From: an uncultured Verrucomicrobia subdivision 3 bacterium
GTDB taxonomy: Bacteria; Verrucomicrobiota; Verrucomicrobiia; Limisphaerales; UBA11358
Length of the DNA stretch: 64,000 nt
Direction: 5' to 3'
Assembly (NCBI GenBank): GCA_903944085.1
Contig: CAJAQO010000083.1
Location: 6,590-70,589 of the forward strand
The notes beneath the pieces are model-generated. The model saw nothing but the letters and a program-made list of their open reading frames with translations. It was not told the origin of the DNA and did no database searches. The position numbers and the translations under genes were made by a program. This document shows positions 27,208 through 37,763 of the stretch, piece by piece. Each line of letters opens with the position of its first letter. The stretch's first letter is position 1.

Positions 27208-29865
27208 TCAAGCTTCGCGCGGTGGTTGCGAAAACAAATCCAACTGCGGCGGCGGCGCGAGCGATTTTAATTTTTCCCGATCCTGCTGGCGGCGCGGCTG
27301 GCGCACGTTGCCTTCCGGCGTGAGTTCGGATTCTTCGAGGTTGCCGAGAATTTGTTTAGCGCGCTCCAAGACTTCCTTCGGCACGCCCGCGAGCCGCGCG
27401 ACTTGGATGCCGTAACTCTTGTCCGTGCCGCCCTCGACAATTTTGCGGAGAAAAACAATCTGGTCATGCCACTCGCGCACGGCGACGTTGAAATTTTTGA
27501 TGCGCGGCAATCGCGCGGCCAGCTCCGTCAGCTCGTGATAATGCGTGGCAAACAAAGTTTTCGCGCCGACCTGATTGTGCAGAAATTCCACGATGCTCCA
27601 CGCGAGCGATAGTCCGTCGAACGTGCTCGTGCCGCGGCCGATTTCGTCCAGCACGATGAGGCTGCGGGCGGTAGCGTTGTTCAAAATGTTCGCCGTTTCC
27701 GTCATCTCGACCATGAACGTGGACTGGCCGCGAGACAAATCATCGCTCGCGCCGATGCGCGTGAAAATGCGGTCCACCAGATCAATCCGCGCTTCCACCG
27801 CCGGCACAAAACTGCCGGTGTGTGCGAGCAGCGTGAGCAGCGCCACCTGCCGGATGTAAGTGGATTTGCCGGCCATGTTCGGCCCGGTGATGAGCGCGAT
27901 TTGGGGCATTTCCAATTTCCGATTTTCAATTTCCAATTTGGCCGGCATCACCGAAGAGTTTTCAATTGGCAATTGGCAATTGGCAATTCCCAATCCGGTG
28001 TCATTCGGCACGAAGCGCTCCTCGACGAGCTGCTGTTCCAATACCGGATGCCGGCCGTCGCGGATTTGCAGCACGCCTTCATCGGCAATTTGTGGACGGC
28101 AATAATTATGCAGTCGTGCCGTTTCCGCGAACGACGCGAGCACATCCAATTGCGCCAGCGCAAAAGCGGTTTGCTGGATTTTCGGCAACTGGCCCAGCAC
28201 TTCCTCGCGCACGCGCTGAAAAATTTCGTATTCCAATTTCACGCTGCGTTCTTCCGCGCCGAGAATTTTACCTTCCATCGCTTTCAACTCCGGCGTGATA
28301 AAGCGCTCGCCGTTCGCGACCGTCTGCTTGCGATGATAATGCGGCGGCACCTTGTCCAGATTGGATTTGGTGACTTCGATGTAATAGCCAAAGACGGAAT
28401 TGAACCGGACTTTGAGCGAGGAAATTCCGGTGGCGGCAATTTCGTCGGCCTGCAATTTGGCAATCCAATCCTTGCCGCCGCGCTGGGCGGTGCGCAGTTC
28501 GTCGAGCGCGGTGTCAAAGCCGTCGCGGATCATGCCGCCTTCCTTGATCGGCAACGGCGGTTCGTCCACGATGGCGCGGGAAATGATCTCAACGAGATCG
28601 GGCGATTCGGAAATCTGCGAATCCAATTCTAAAATCAAGCTGGTGGGGCGAGCGTCCTCGCGAGCCGGAGCCTCATCGTGAATTAGATTTTCGGCTCGCG
28701 GGGACGCTCGCCTCACCGTGGCCAAAATTTGTTTCAGCGCTGGAATTTGTTCCAGCGCCAACCGCAGCGCGACAAGGTCACGCGCGTTGCCGCTGCCGGA
28801 ACTCAGGCGGCCCAGCGTGCGCTCCAAATCACGCACCTTCGCAAGCTGCTGGCGAAAGCTGTCGAGACTAAAAGTATTTTCAAGGAACGTCTGCACGGCT
28901 TCCTGCCGGCGGCAGATCGGCTCCACTTTGGCGAGCGGTTGCGACAGCCAGTTGCGCAGGAGTCGCGCGCCCATCGGCGTGACGGTTTTATTGAGCGCGC
29001 CGTAAAGACTGGCATTGCGCGGGGCGTCGTGATGCTGCGGCTCAAGAATTTCCAGATGCCGCAGCGTCGTGTAATCCAGCGTGAGAAAATCGCTGCGCTG
29101 ATAGAATGAAATGCGCGTCAGATGCTTCACGTCGCGGCGCAGATTTTGGGTGAGGTAATGCAGCGCGCCACCCGCCGCGCCGATGGCGGCGGTTTTATCC
29201 TTCAGCCCGAATCCGTCAAGCGAAGCCACCTTGAATTGTTCCTTCACCGTGTAAAACGCGGTTTCGGGCGCGAACGTCCAGTCGTCGTAGCCGCTCAAAA
29301 TTCGGAATGCGCCGCGCAGCAAATCGCGCAGCGAAGTCGCTTCCGTTGGAAAAATAATTTCCGCTGGACGCAAACGTTCCAGTTCGGCGAGCAGCGCGGC
29401 TTCGTTTTCCAATTCGGTCGTCAGAAAATCACCCGTCGTCAAATCCACCAGCGCGAGGCCGAAGATTTTTCCCGACGGATAAACGGATGCCAGAAAATTG
29501 TTCCGCTCGGCGACCAGCATCCGTTCGTCGAAATGCGTGCCGGGCGAAAGGATTTGCGTGACCTCGCGATTCACTAATTTTCCCGGCCGCGCTTCTTCGG
29601 TCTGATCGCAGATGGCCACCTTGCGTCCGCTCTTCAGGATGCGGGCGATGTAGCCATTGGCGGCGTGATGTGGCAGGCCGCACATCGGCACGCCATTGCG
29701 CGCGGTGAGCGAGAGATTGAGCAACTGCGCGCCGGCCTGCGCATCCTCAAAAAACATCTCGTAAAAATCGCCGAGCCGGAAGAGCAGCAGCGCGTCTTTC
29801 GGCAGTTCGCCTTTGATGCGGCGATACTGCGCCATCATGGGCGTGAGTTGGGCTTCGGCGGACAT
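27208..29865 (-). CDS. mutS: DNA mismatch repair protein MutS
   Basis: N-terminal TPMMAQYRRIK...FYEMFFEDA, Walker A ITGPNMAGKSTYIRQ, Walker B LIVLDEIGRGTSTFDG, and C-terminal FATHYHELT. Confidence 0.97.
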   Translation of the reverse strand: MSAEAQLTPMMAQYRRIKGELPKDALLLFRLGDFYEMFFEDAQAGAQLLNLSLTARNGVPMCGLPHHAANGYIARILKSGRKVAICDQTEEARPGKLVNREVTQILSPGTHFDERMLVAERNNFLASVYPSGKIFGLALVDLTTGDFLTTELENEAALLAELERLRPAEIIFPTEATSLRDLLRGAFRILSGYDDWTFAPETAFYTVKEQFKVASLDGFGLKDKTAAIGAAGGALHYLTQNLRRDVKHLTRISFYQRSDFLTLDYTTLRHLEILEPQHHDAPRNASLYGALNKTVTPMGARLLRNWLSQPLAKVEPICRRQEAVQTFLENTFSLDSFRQQLAKVRDLERTLGRLSSGSGNARDLVALRLALEQIPALKQILATVRRASPRAENLIHDEAPAREDARPTSLILELDSQISESPDLVEIISRAIVDEPPLPIKEGGMIRDGFDTALDELRTAQRGGKDWIAKLQADEIAATGISSLKVRFNSVFGYYIEVTKSNLDKVPPHYHRKQTVANGERFITPELKAMEGKILGAEERSVKLEYEIFQRVREEVLGQLPKIQQTAFALAQLDVLASFAETARLHNYCRPQIADEGVLQIRDGRHPVLEQQLVEERFVPNDTGLGIANCQLPIENSSVMPAKLEIENRKLEMPQIALITGPNMAGKSTYIRQVALLTLLAHTGSFVPAVEARIDLVDRIFTRIGASDDLSRGQSTFMVEMTETANILNNATARSLIVLDEIGRGTSTFDGLSLAWSIVEFLHNQVGAKTLFATHYHELTELAARLPRIKNFNVAVREWHDQIVFLRKIVEGGTDKSYGIQVARLAGVPKEVLERAKQILGNLEESELTPEGNVRQPRRQQDREKLKSLAPPPQLDLFSQPPREA
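27908..27997. repeat. Heptamer-array element (90 nt, in frame in mutS, directly before the Walker A codons)
   Basis: ATTTCCA ATTTCCG ATTTTCA ATTTCCA ATTTGGC, about 20 nt, then (CAATTGG)x3 CAATTCC CAATCCG. The arms are only partly complementary, through CCAATT/AATTGG. Confidence 0.88.
28642..28717. repeat. 26-nt imperfect inverted repeat with 24-nt spacer inside mutS
   Basis: GGTGGGGCGAGCGTCCTCGCGAGCCG pairs with CGGCTCGCGGGGACGCTCGCCTCACC (2 mismatches). Encodes part of RRASPRAENLIHDEAPAREDARPT. Confidence 0.88.
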
Positions 29866-29963
29866 GCGGCGGGAAAGCTATCCGCGAACGTGGACAAAAT
29901 CGAACAAGTTTTGTGCAAGACTGGCGTTGACACTCCGAAGTGGTTTTGTTGAACTTCGCGTCC

Positions 29964-32646
<2,683 letters not shown>

Positions 32647-32695
32647 GCCGGAAATTTACGGGAAAATCGGCCATCGCCAATCGCCAATCATAAAT

Positions 32696-33631
32696 TTATT
32701 CATCCATGACCGCCGCGAAGCGCAGGCCGCGCGTGCTGACGCGCAACTGATTGAAGCCAAATTCCGCCATCACCGTTTCGTAAATCAAAACGCCGGTGAG
32801 AATCACGTCGGCGCGCGTTTTTGGCAGGCCGGGGATTTCTTTCCGGCCGGCCAGCGGCAATTGCCACAAACTTTTCCGGCGCGCAACAATTTGGTCGTAG
32901 CTTAAAACGGCGCGCTCAATTTTTTCGCGGTCGAAGCGGTCGAGTTTTTTTTCGATGCGCGCCAGGATGCTCGTCGTGCCGCCGGTGCCGACGAGTTGGA
33001 TTTCGCCGGTCTCATTTTTCAGCGCCGGCTCGAGTTGCGGGCGAACTTCGTGATGCAGAAAATTTTTCAGCCAATCGCGGCAGGCGATGAATTCGCCGCG
33101 AGTCGGCGGGTCGCTGGGCGGAAATTTTTCCAGCAGCCGCACCGTGCCGAGCGGAAAGCTGTGCGCAAAACTTTTTTTGGTGCCGTGCCCCAAAATAAAT
33201 TCCGTGCTGCCGCCGCCGACATCCAGCAGCAGCAGCGGCTGTTTCGCCAACTCCGCATCGGTGGTCACACCTTGAAACGCCCAGTCGGCTTCCCGCGCGC
33301 CGGTGATGATTTCAGTTTTGAGACCGGAGGCGCGTTCAATCGCGCCGGTGAGGTCGGTCGGGTTCATCGCGTCGCGGGCGGCGCTGGTGGCGATCACGCG
33401 GATGGTGCCGGCATTTTTTTCGCGCGCGATTTCGGCAAACTCCCAGACGGCCGCGGCGGTGTGCGCGATGCTTTCCGGCTGGAGCCGGTGCGTTTCGTAA
33501 AACCCCTTGCCGAGCCGTGTTTGCTTGGATTCTTCGTGGACGGGCGTGACCTCGCGACCGCGCACGTCCGCCACCAACAGCTTGATTGAGTTGGTGCCGA
33601 CATCAATGACCGCGCGGCGCACAGCTTCCAT
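32696..33631 (-). CDS. Ppx/GppA family phosphatase (exopolyphosphatase)
   Basis: N-terminal AVIDVGTNSIKLLVAD, and DVGGGSTEF. Actin-like ATPase fold motifs of Ppx/GppA. Confidence 0.85.
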   Translation of the reverse strand: MEAVRRAVIDVGTNSIKLLVADVRGREVTPVHEESKQTRLGKGFYETHRLQPESIAHTAAAVWEFAEIAREKNAGTIRVIATSAARDAMNPTDLTGAIERASGLKTEIITGAREADWAFQGVTTDAELAKQPLLLLDVGGGSTEFILGHGTKKSFAHSFPLGTVRLLEKFPPSDPPTRGEFIACRDWLKNFLHHEVRPQLEPALKNETGEIQLVGTGGTTSILARIEKKLDRFDREKIERAVLSYDQIVARRKSLWQLPLAGRKEIPGLPKTRADVILTGVLIYETVMAEFGFNQLRVSTRGLRFAAVMDE

Positions 33632-33692
33632 CGAGCGCCCAAAATAGGCAAACAGGCGGCGGAAACCAAAATTAAAATGTTACAAATTCATG

Positions 33693-33751
33693 GGTGCGTG
33701 ATGCGTGAAAAAAGCGCGCTCAATTCACGCAGCACGAATCACGCATCAAGC
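33693..33751. repeat. Heptamer-arm hairpin element in the ppx / sixA divergent intergenic region
   Basis: GGTGCGTGATGCGTGAA, a 14-nt spacer, then TTCACGC AGCACGA ATCACGC ATCAAGC. The unit GCGTGAT and its complement ATCACGC are both present. Confidence 0.85.
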
Positions 33752-33806
33752 CGCACCGCTGCTCAAAGGCTTTCTTCCCCGCAGCCCGGGAGTTATACTA
33801 AGACAC

Positions 33807-34310
33807 ATGGAACTTTATCTGTTGCGCCACGGCCTCGCCGTCGAACGCGGCACGACCGGATTCAAAGACGATGCCCTGCGTCCGCTTACGCCCAAAGGCC
33901 GGCGGCAGCTCCGCACCATCGCCGCCGCGATCAAAGGAATGGATTTGCGCTGTGACCTGATTTTGTCGAGTCCGCTTCAGCGCGCGAAGCAGACGGCGGA
34001 AATCATCGCCCGGGAAATAAAATTAAAAAAGCGGTTGAAATTTTCCAACGCGCTCGCGCCGGGCGGCAGCGCGGCGGTATTGTTCCGGCAGTTGGTGCGA
34101 ATGAAACCAATGCCGGCTAGACTATTGTTTGTCGGCCACGAACCGGATTTGAGCCGGCTGATTTCGCTACTCATCACCGGCGGCCTGCGGTTGCAAATGG
34201 ATTTCAAAAAAGGCGGCCTGTGCAAGCTGGATATCGGAAAATTGAAAGCTGGAAAATGCGCGACGCTCGCCTGGCTGCTCACACCGAAACAGTTGAAGCA
34301 AATGGTTTGA
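33807..34310 (+). CDS. sixA: Phosphohistidine phosphatase SixA
   Basis: Trimmed to MELYLLRHGLAV... RHG catalytic motif, SPLQRAKQTAEII and VGHEPDLS. Confidence 0.8.
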   Translation: MELYLLRHGLAVERGTTGFKDDALRPLTPKGRRQLRTIAAAIKGMDLRCDLILSSPLQRAKQTAEIIAREIKLKKRLKFSNALAPGGSAAVLFRQLVRMKPMPARLLFVGHEPDLSRLISLLITGGLRLQMDFKKGGLCKLDIGKLKAGKCATLAWLLTPKQLKQMV

Positions 34311-34354
34311 TCGGTAAGGTGGCACCGCCGTGCTGCCTTCGACGAGCGAAAATT

Positions 34355-34735
34355 TCAGCCGATGCGGAAGGAAATTTTTTGCACAGTGGTTTTGCCGAAA
34401 CTGTTTTGCAGGCGGTCCAGAATTTCCTTGCGCCGGTAGCGGACAATTTCCGAGAGCCACACGCTGCTGTCCACGTTCACGAACAGCGTGCCTTTGTGCA
34501 GGTTCGCCGGCTGCGCGTGCGCGGTGACGGCGGGATCAATCAGCGCGTTCCAGACTTTCACGATTTCCGCGTCGCTGCGGCGCGTATCGAGTTTCAAGTC
34601 CACCAGCACCTGCGGCAGCAGTTCGCCGGCGGATTTCGCCGCAACGGCGCGCGCTTTTTCCAGCGGCCCCAAATCCACGCCGCGCCACTGCGCGAGAATG
34701 CGGGCGCGGGCGGAGGATTTTTTCGGTGGCGGCAT
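34355..34735 (-). CDS. DUF721 (DciA-like) domain protein
   Basis: 126 aa. The central block VKVWNALIDPAVTAHAQPANLHKGTLFVNVDSSVWLSEI resembles DUF721 family members. Confidence 0.6.
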   Translation of the reverse strand: MPPPKKSSARARILAQWRGVDLGPLEKARAVAAKSAGELLPQVLVDLKLDTRRSDAEIVKVWNALIDPAVTAHAQPANLHKGTLFVNVDSSVWLSEIVRYRRKEILDRLQNSFGKTTVQKISFRIG

Positions 34736-34740
34736 GGCGA

Positions 34741-34833
34741 AAGTTTTCAGTTTTTAATGCTCAATTTTTAGTTGAGCGGGACGGCGGCGGGCAATTTGAA
34801 CTAAAAATTAAAAACTAAAAACTAAAAACTGAG
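34741..34833. repeat. Heptamer-arm hairpin element in a divergent promoter region
   Basis: Right arm AACTAAA AATTAAA AACTAAA AACTAAA AACTGAG. The left arm is the inverted complement (AACTAAA AATTGAG CATTAAA AACTGAA when reverse-complemented). GC-rich 25-nt spacer. Confidence 0.85.
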
Positions 34834-34864
34834 CTAGACAAATTCCGCCGCCGGGCGCGTCATT

Positions 34865-35392
34865 ATGAAAATGCCCGCCGGACTGGACATCGCACGGCTC
34901 TACGACGAACACGCGCAGCCGCTCTATGCCTTTCTGCTGAACCTCACGCGCGACGAGGCGGACACGCGCGATCTGCTCCAGGAAATTTTCGTCAAGCTTG
35001 CGCGCGCGCCAAAACTGCTCGACGGCGTGCGCGAGGAACGGGCTTTCCTCATCCGGCTCGCGCACAATGCCGCGATTGATTTGATGCGCCGGCGCGGCAC
35101 GCGCGAGCAGATGCGAGAAAACTTCGCCGCTGAAATCATTTCGCCGTTCGCGCCGGCAAGCGACCCGGATGAAATTTTTTTCCGCGAAAACTTAGCGGCG
35201 GCGGTGGGCGAATTGCCGGAAGAACAGCGCGCCGTGGTGCATTTGAAATTGTGGGGCGAATTGACGTTTGAAGAAATCGCCGCCGCGCTGGAGATTCCGC
35301 CGAACACCGCCGCCAGCCGGTATCGCTACGGGCTAGACAAATTGCGCGGGCGGCTGCGTCCACTTTACGAAGAAATGAAGAAGGCAGAATGA
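34865..35392 (+). CDS. ECF-type RNA polymerase sigma-70 family factor
   Basis: 175 aa. Region 2 (LLNLTRDEADTRDLLQEIFVKL) and region 4 (EEQRAVVHLKLWGELTFEEIAAALEIPPNTAASRYRYGLDKLR). Confidence 0.85.
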   Translation: MKMPAGLDIARLYDEHAQPLYAFLLNLTRDEADTRDLLQEIFVKLARAPKLLDGVREERAFLIRLAHNAAIDLMRRRGTREQMRENFAAEIISPFAPASDPDEIFFRENLAAAVGELPEEQRAVVHLKLWGELTFEEIAAALEIPPNTAASRYRYGLDKLRGRLRPLYEEMKKAE

Positions 35393-35832
35393 TGAATGAT
35401 GAAATGGAACAATTCGAGCGCCGCTTGAGCCGCCAGCCGCTGCGGCAAGTCCCCGGTGATTGGCGCGCGGAAATCCTGGCGGCAACTCGCGGCGCGCAAC
35501 CGGTGCCTCGCGCCGCGCGCCGCGCGCCTCACGCCTGGCTCTCAACCATCAGCCATCAATTCTCAGCGTTGCTCTGGCCGCATCCGAAAGCGTGGGCAGG
35601 TCTGGCTGCGGTTTGGGTTTTGATTTTTGTCATGAATTTTTCCATGCGCGATGCGTGGCCGAGGCTGGCGGCGAAATCCGCGCCGCCGTCGGCAGAGGTG
35701 ATCGTGGAATTAAAAATGCAGCAGCGGCTGTTTGCGGAACTGGTTGGCACCTACGAAGCGCCGGACGCCGACCGGCGGAAAATCTTCTCACCCAAACCGC
35801 GCAGCGACCGGGCGGAAATTTTGCTGACGTAG
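35389..35832 (+). CDS. Putative anti-sigma factor (single-pass membrane protein)
   Basis: ATGA overlap with the sigma-factor stop. 147 aa with one central TM helix. Assigned by position only. Confidence 0.5.
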   Translation: MMNDEMEQFERRLSRQPLRQVPGDWRAEILAATRGAQPVPRAARRAPHAWLSTISHQFSALLWPHPKAWAGLAAVWVLIFVMNFSMRDAWPRLAAKSAPPSAEVIVELKMQQRLFAELVGTYEAPDADRRKIFSPKPRSDRAEILLT

Positions 35833-35859
35833 AACTCGGCCCTCCGAAAGAAGAAAATT

Positions 35860-37635
35860 ATGAACGAAGAACCCAAAAGCATCTGGAAAAAATCGTGGAC
35901 CGGCCCGCACTGGCTGCGCGCCTGGCTGATCCTGGTGGTGGTGATTTACGTTATCGGTTTGATTGCCTATCTGGCCGGCGGCATTCCCGGCGCGCCGCCC
36001 AGTTTGTGGCCGGAGCTTTTCTTGTTGCTAACCGGCAGTCTGATCACGGCCACCGTGTTTGTGCTGCTCTGGCTGTTCGTCCGCTGTTTTTTTAGCCGGC
36101 GCAATTTCAAGCGGCTGCTGTTCGGCCTCGCCTGTTTCGCCACGCTGATCGCGCTGTTTTATGCGGAGGAAGACTGGCGCGGCTGGCACGCCTGGAACCA
36201 GTTCAAGCACGCATGGGAAGCCAAGGGCGAACATTTTGACATGGCCAGCGTGACGCCTGCGCCGGTGCCGGCGGACCAGAATTTTGCGCTGACACCGATT
36301 GCTTTCACCAGCTACGGCTACATTCTGACGCGCGATGGCCAACGCATTCCCAATGCGCAGCGCGACACCAATTTCATTCAGCGCATTCGCATGCCAGTGG
36401 CCCATGATTACAACGGCCCCACCAACGTCGCCGGCAATCGGGAGAAAGGGAAGTTCACCGATCTCGAAGGCTGGCAACGCTATTACCGCGAGCTGGCGGC
36501 AACGACGAATTTGTTTGCTGTCCCGGCGCAATCGCAGTCGCCGGCGGCGGACGTCCTGCTGGCGTTGAGCAAATATGATCCGGTGATTGAGGAATTGCGC
36601 GTCGCCAGTCGGCTGCCGGCCTCGCGGTTTCCGCTGGAATATACGAACGAATCGCCGGCGGACATTTTGCTGCCGCATCTGTCCGCGCTGAAAGGCTGCG
36701 CGCAAGTCCTGCAACTGCGCAGTCTGGCCGAATTGCAAAACGGCCAGCCGGACAAGGCGCTGAATGATGTGACGTTGGCGCTGCAACTGGCGGGCAAAAT
36801 TAACACGGAGCCGTTTTTGATCTCGCATCTGGTCCGCATTTCGATGGTGCAAATTGCGCTCCAGCCGCTTTGGGAAGGCTTGGCGCGGCAGCAATGGTTT
36901 GACGCGCAGCTTGTCGCGCTCGATGCGGAACTAGCCGGGCTGAATTTTCTCGCCGATTACCAGTTGTCCTTGCACGGCGAACTCGGCTGCCAGGATGGCG
37001 AAGTCGAACACCTGCGCCGGCATCCGGAAGAGTTGCGGGATCTGGTTTATAACTTTGGCGACAACAGCAGCGAGCCCCGGGTCTATGTCCCGGAAGGATT
37101 GATCGTTCGGCTGGTCCCCGCTGGCTGGTTCTATCAAAACCAGCTTAGATGTGATCGCATGATGGTGAATTATTTCATTCCGGTGGCGGATCTAAGCCAG
37201 AGCATCTTTGTTCCCAGCCTGGCTCGCCAAGGTGATGCCGCGCTGGAGGCTGACACCAAACCGGCCACACCTTTCAATCTGCTCGAGCGACTGATGCTGC
37301 CGGCGCTGGGCAATTCGGCGAAGAAATTCGCCTGGGGACAGGCTTCGGTGGACATGGCACGCACGGCGCTCGCGCTGGAGCGCTATCGGCTGGCGCACGG
37401 GGAATTTCCTGAATCGCTGGATACGCTCGCGCCGCAGTTCATCGCCAAAGTGCCGCACGACGTGATCGGCGGGCAGCCGCTGAAATATCGCCGCGAGGCG
37501 GATGGCCGGTTCGTGCTTTACTCCATCGGCTGGAATGAAACCGACGACGGCGGCGTGGTGGCTTTTCATCCCAAAACTCAAAACCCGGATATTTCGCAAG
37601 GCGACTGGGTCTGGCGGTATCCGAAGGCAGAATGA
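35860..37635 (+). CDS. Membrane protein of unknown function with GspG-like C-terminal tail
   Basis: 591 aa with N-terminal TM helices. The C-terminus GGQPLKYRREADGRFVLYSIGWNETDDGG resembles the conserved C-terminal module of type II pseudopilin G-like proteins. Confidence 0.6.
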   Translation: MNEEPKSIWKKSWTGPHWLRAWLILVVVIYVIGLIAYLAGGIPGAPPSLWPELFLLLTGSLITATVFVLLWLFVRCFFSRRNFKRLLFGLACFATLIALFYAEEDWRGWHAWNQFKHAWEAKGEHFDMASVTPAPVPADQNFALTPIAFTSYGYILTRDGQRIPNAQRDTNFIQRIRMPVAHDYNGPTNVAGNREKGKFTDLEGWQRYYRELAATTNLFAVPAQSQSPAADVLLALSKYDPVIEELRVASRLPASRFPLEYTNESPADILLPHLSALKGCAQVLQLRSLAELQNGQPDKALNDVTLALQLAGKINTEPFLISHLVRISMVQIALQPLWEGLARQQWFDAQLVALDAELAGLNFLADYQLSLHGELGCQDGEVEHLRRHPEELRDLVYNFGDNSSEPRVYVPEGLIVRLVPAGWFYQNQLRCDRMMVNYFIPVADLSQSIFVPSLARQGDAALEADTKPATPFNLLERLMLPALGNSAKKFAWGQASVDMARTALALERYRLAHGEFPESLDTLAPQFIAKVPHDVIGGQPLKYRREADGRFVLYSIGWNETDDGGVVAFHPKTQNPDISQGDWVWRYPKAE

Positions 37636-37715
37636 TGAAGGATGAATGAAGAAGTTTTCGCGGGAGCAGTTTGCCGGTTTCCCGTTTCTTCATTCATCAT
37701 TCTGTCTTCATCATT
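37623..37715. repeat. Heptamer-arm hairpin element overlapping the stop codon of the 591-aa gene
   Basis: Left arm GAAGGCAGAATGATGAAGGATGAATGAAGAAG. A spacer of about 32 nt contains its own CGGGA/TCCCG stem. Right arm TCTTCATTCATCATTCTGTCTTCATCATT. The first 17 nt are identical to 35380-35396. Confidence 0.88.
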
Positions 37716-37763
37716 TTCTTTTTATCTGTGTCCAACCGCGTCCATCTGTGGTTCAATTAGTCT

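Noticed and set aside
23275-28717. Intragenic hairpins interpreted as Rho-independent terminators or attenuators.
   Set aside because: They lack a following U-tract on the coding strand and sit in the middle of uninterrupted, well-conserved ORFs (dinG, mutS). A termination function would truncate essential transcripts.
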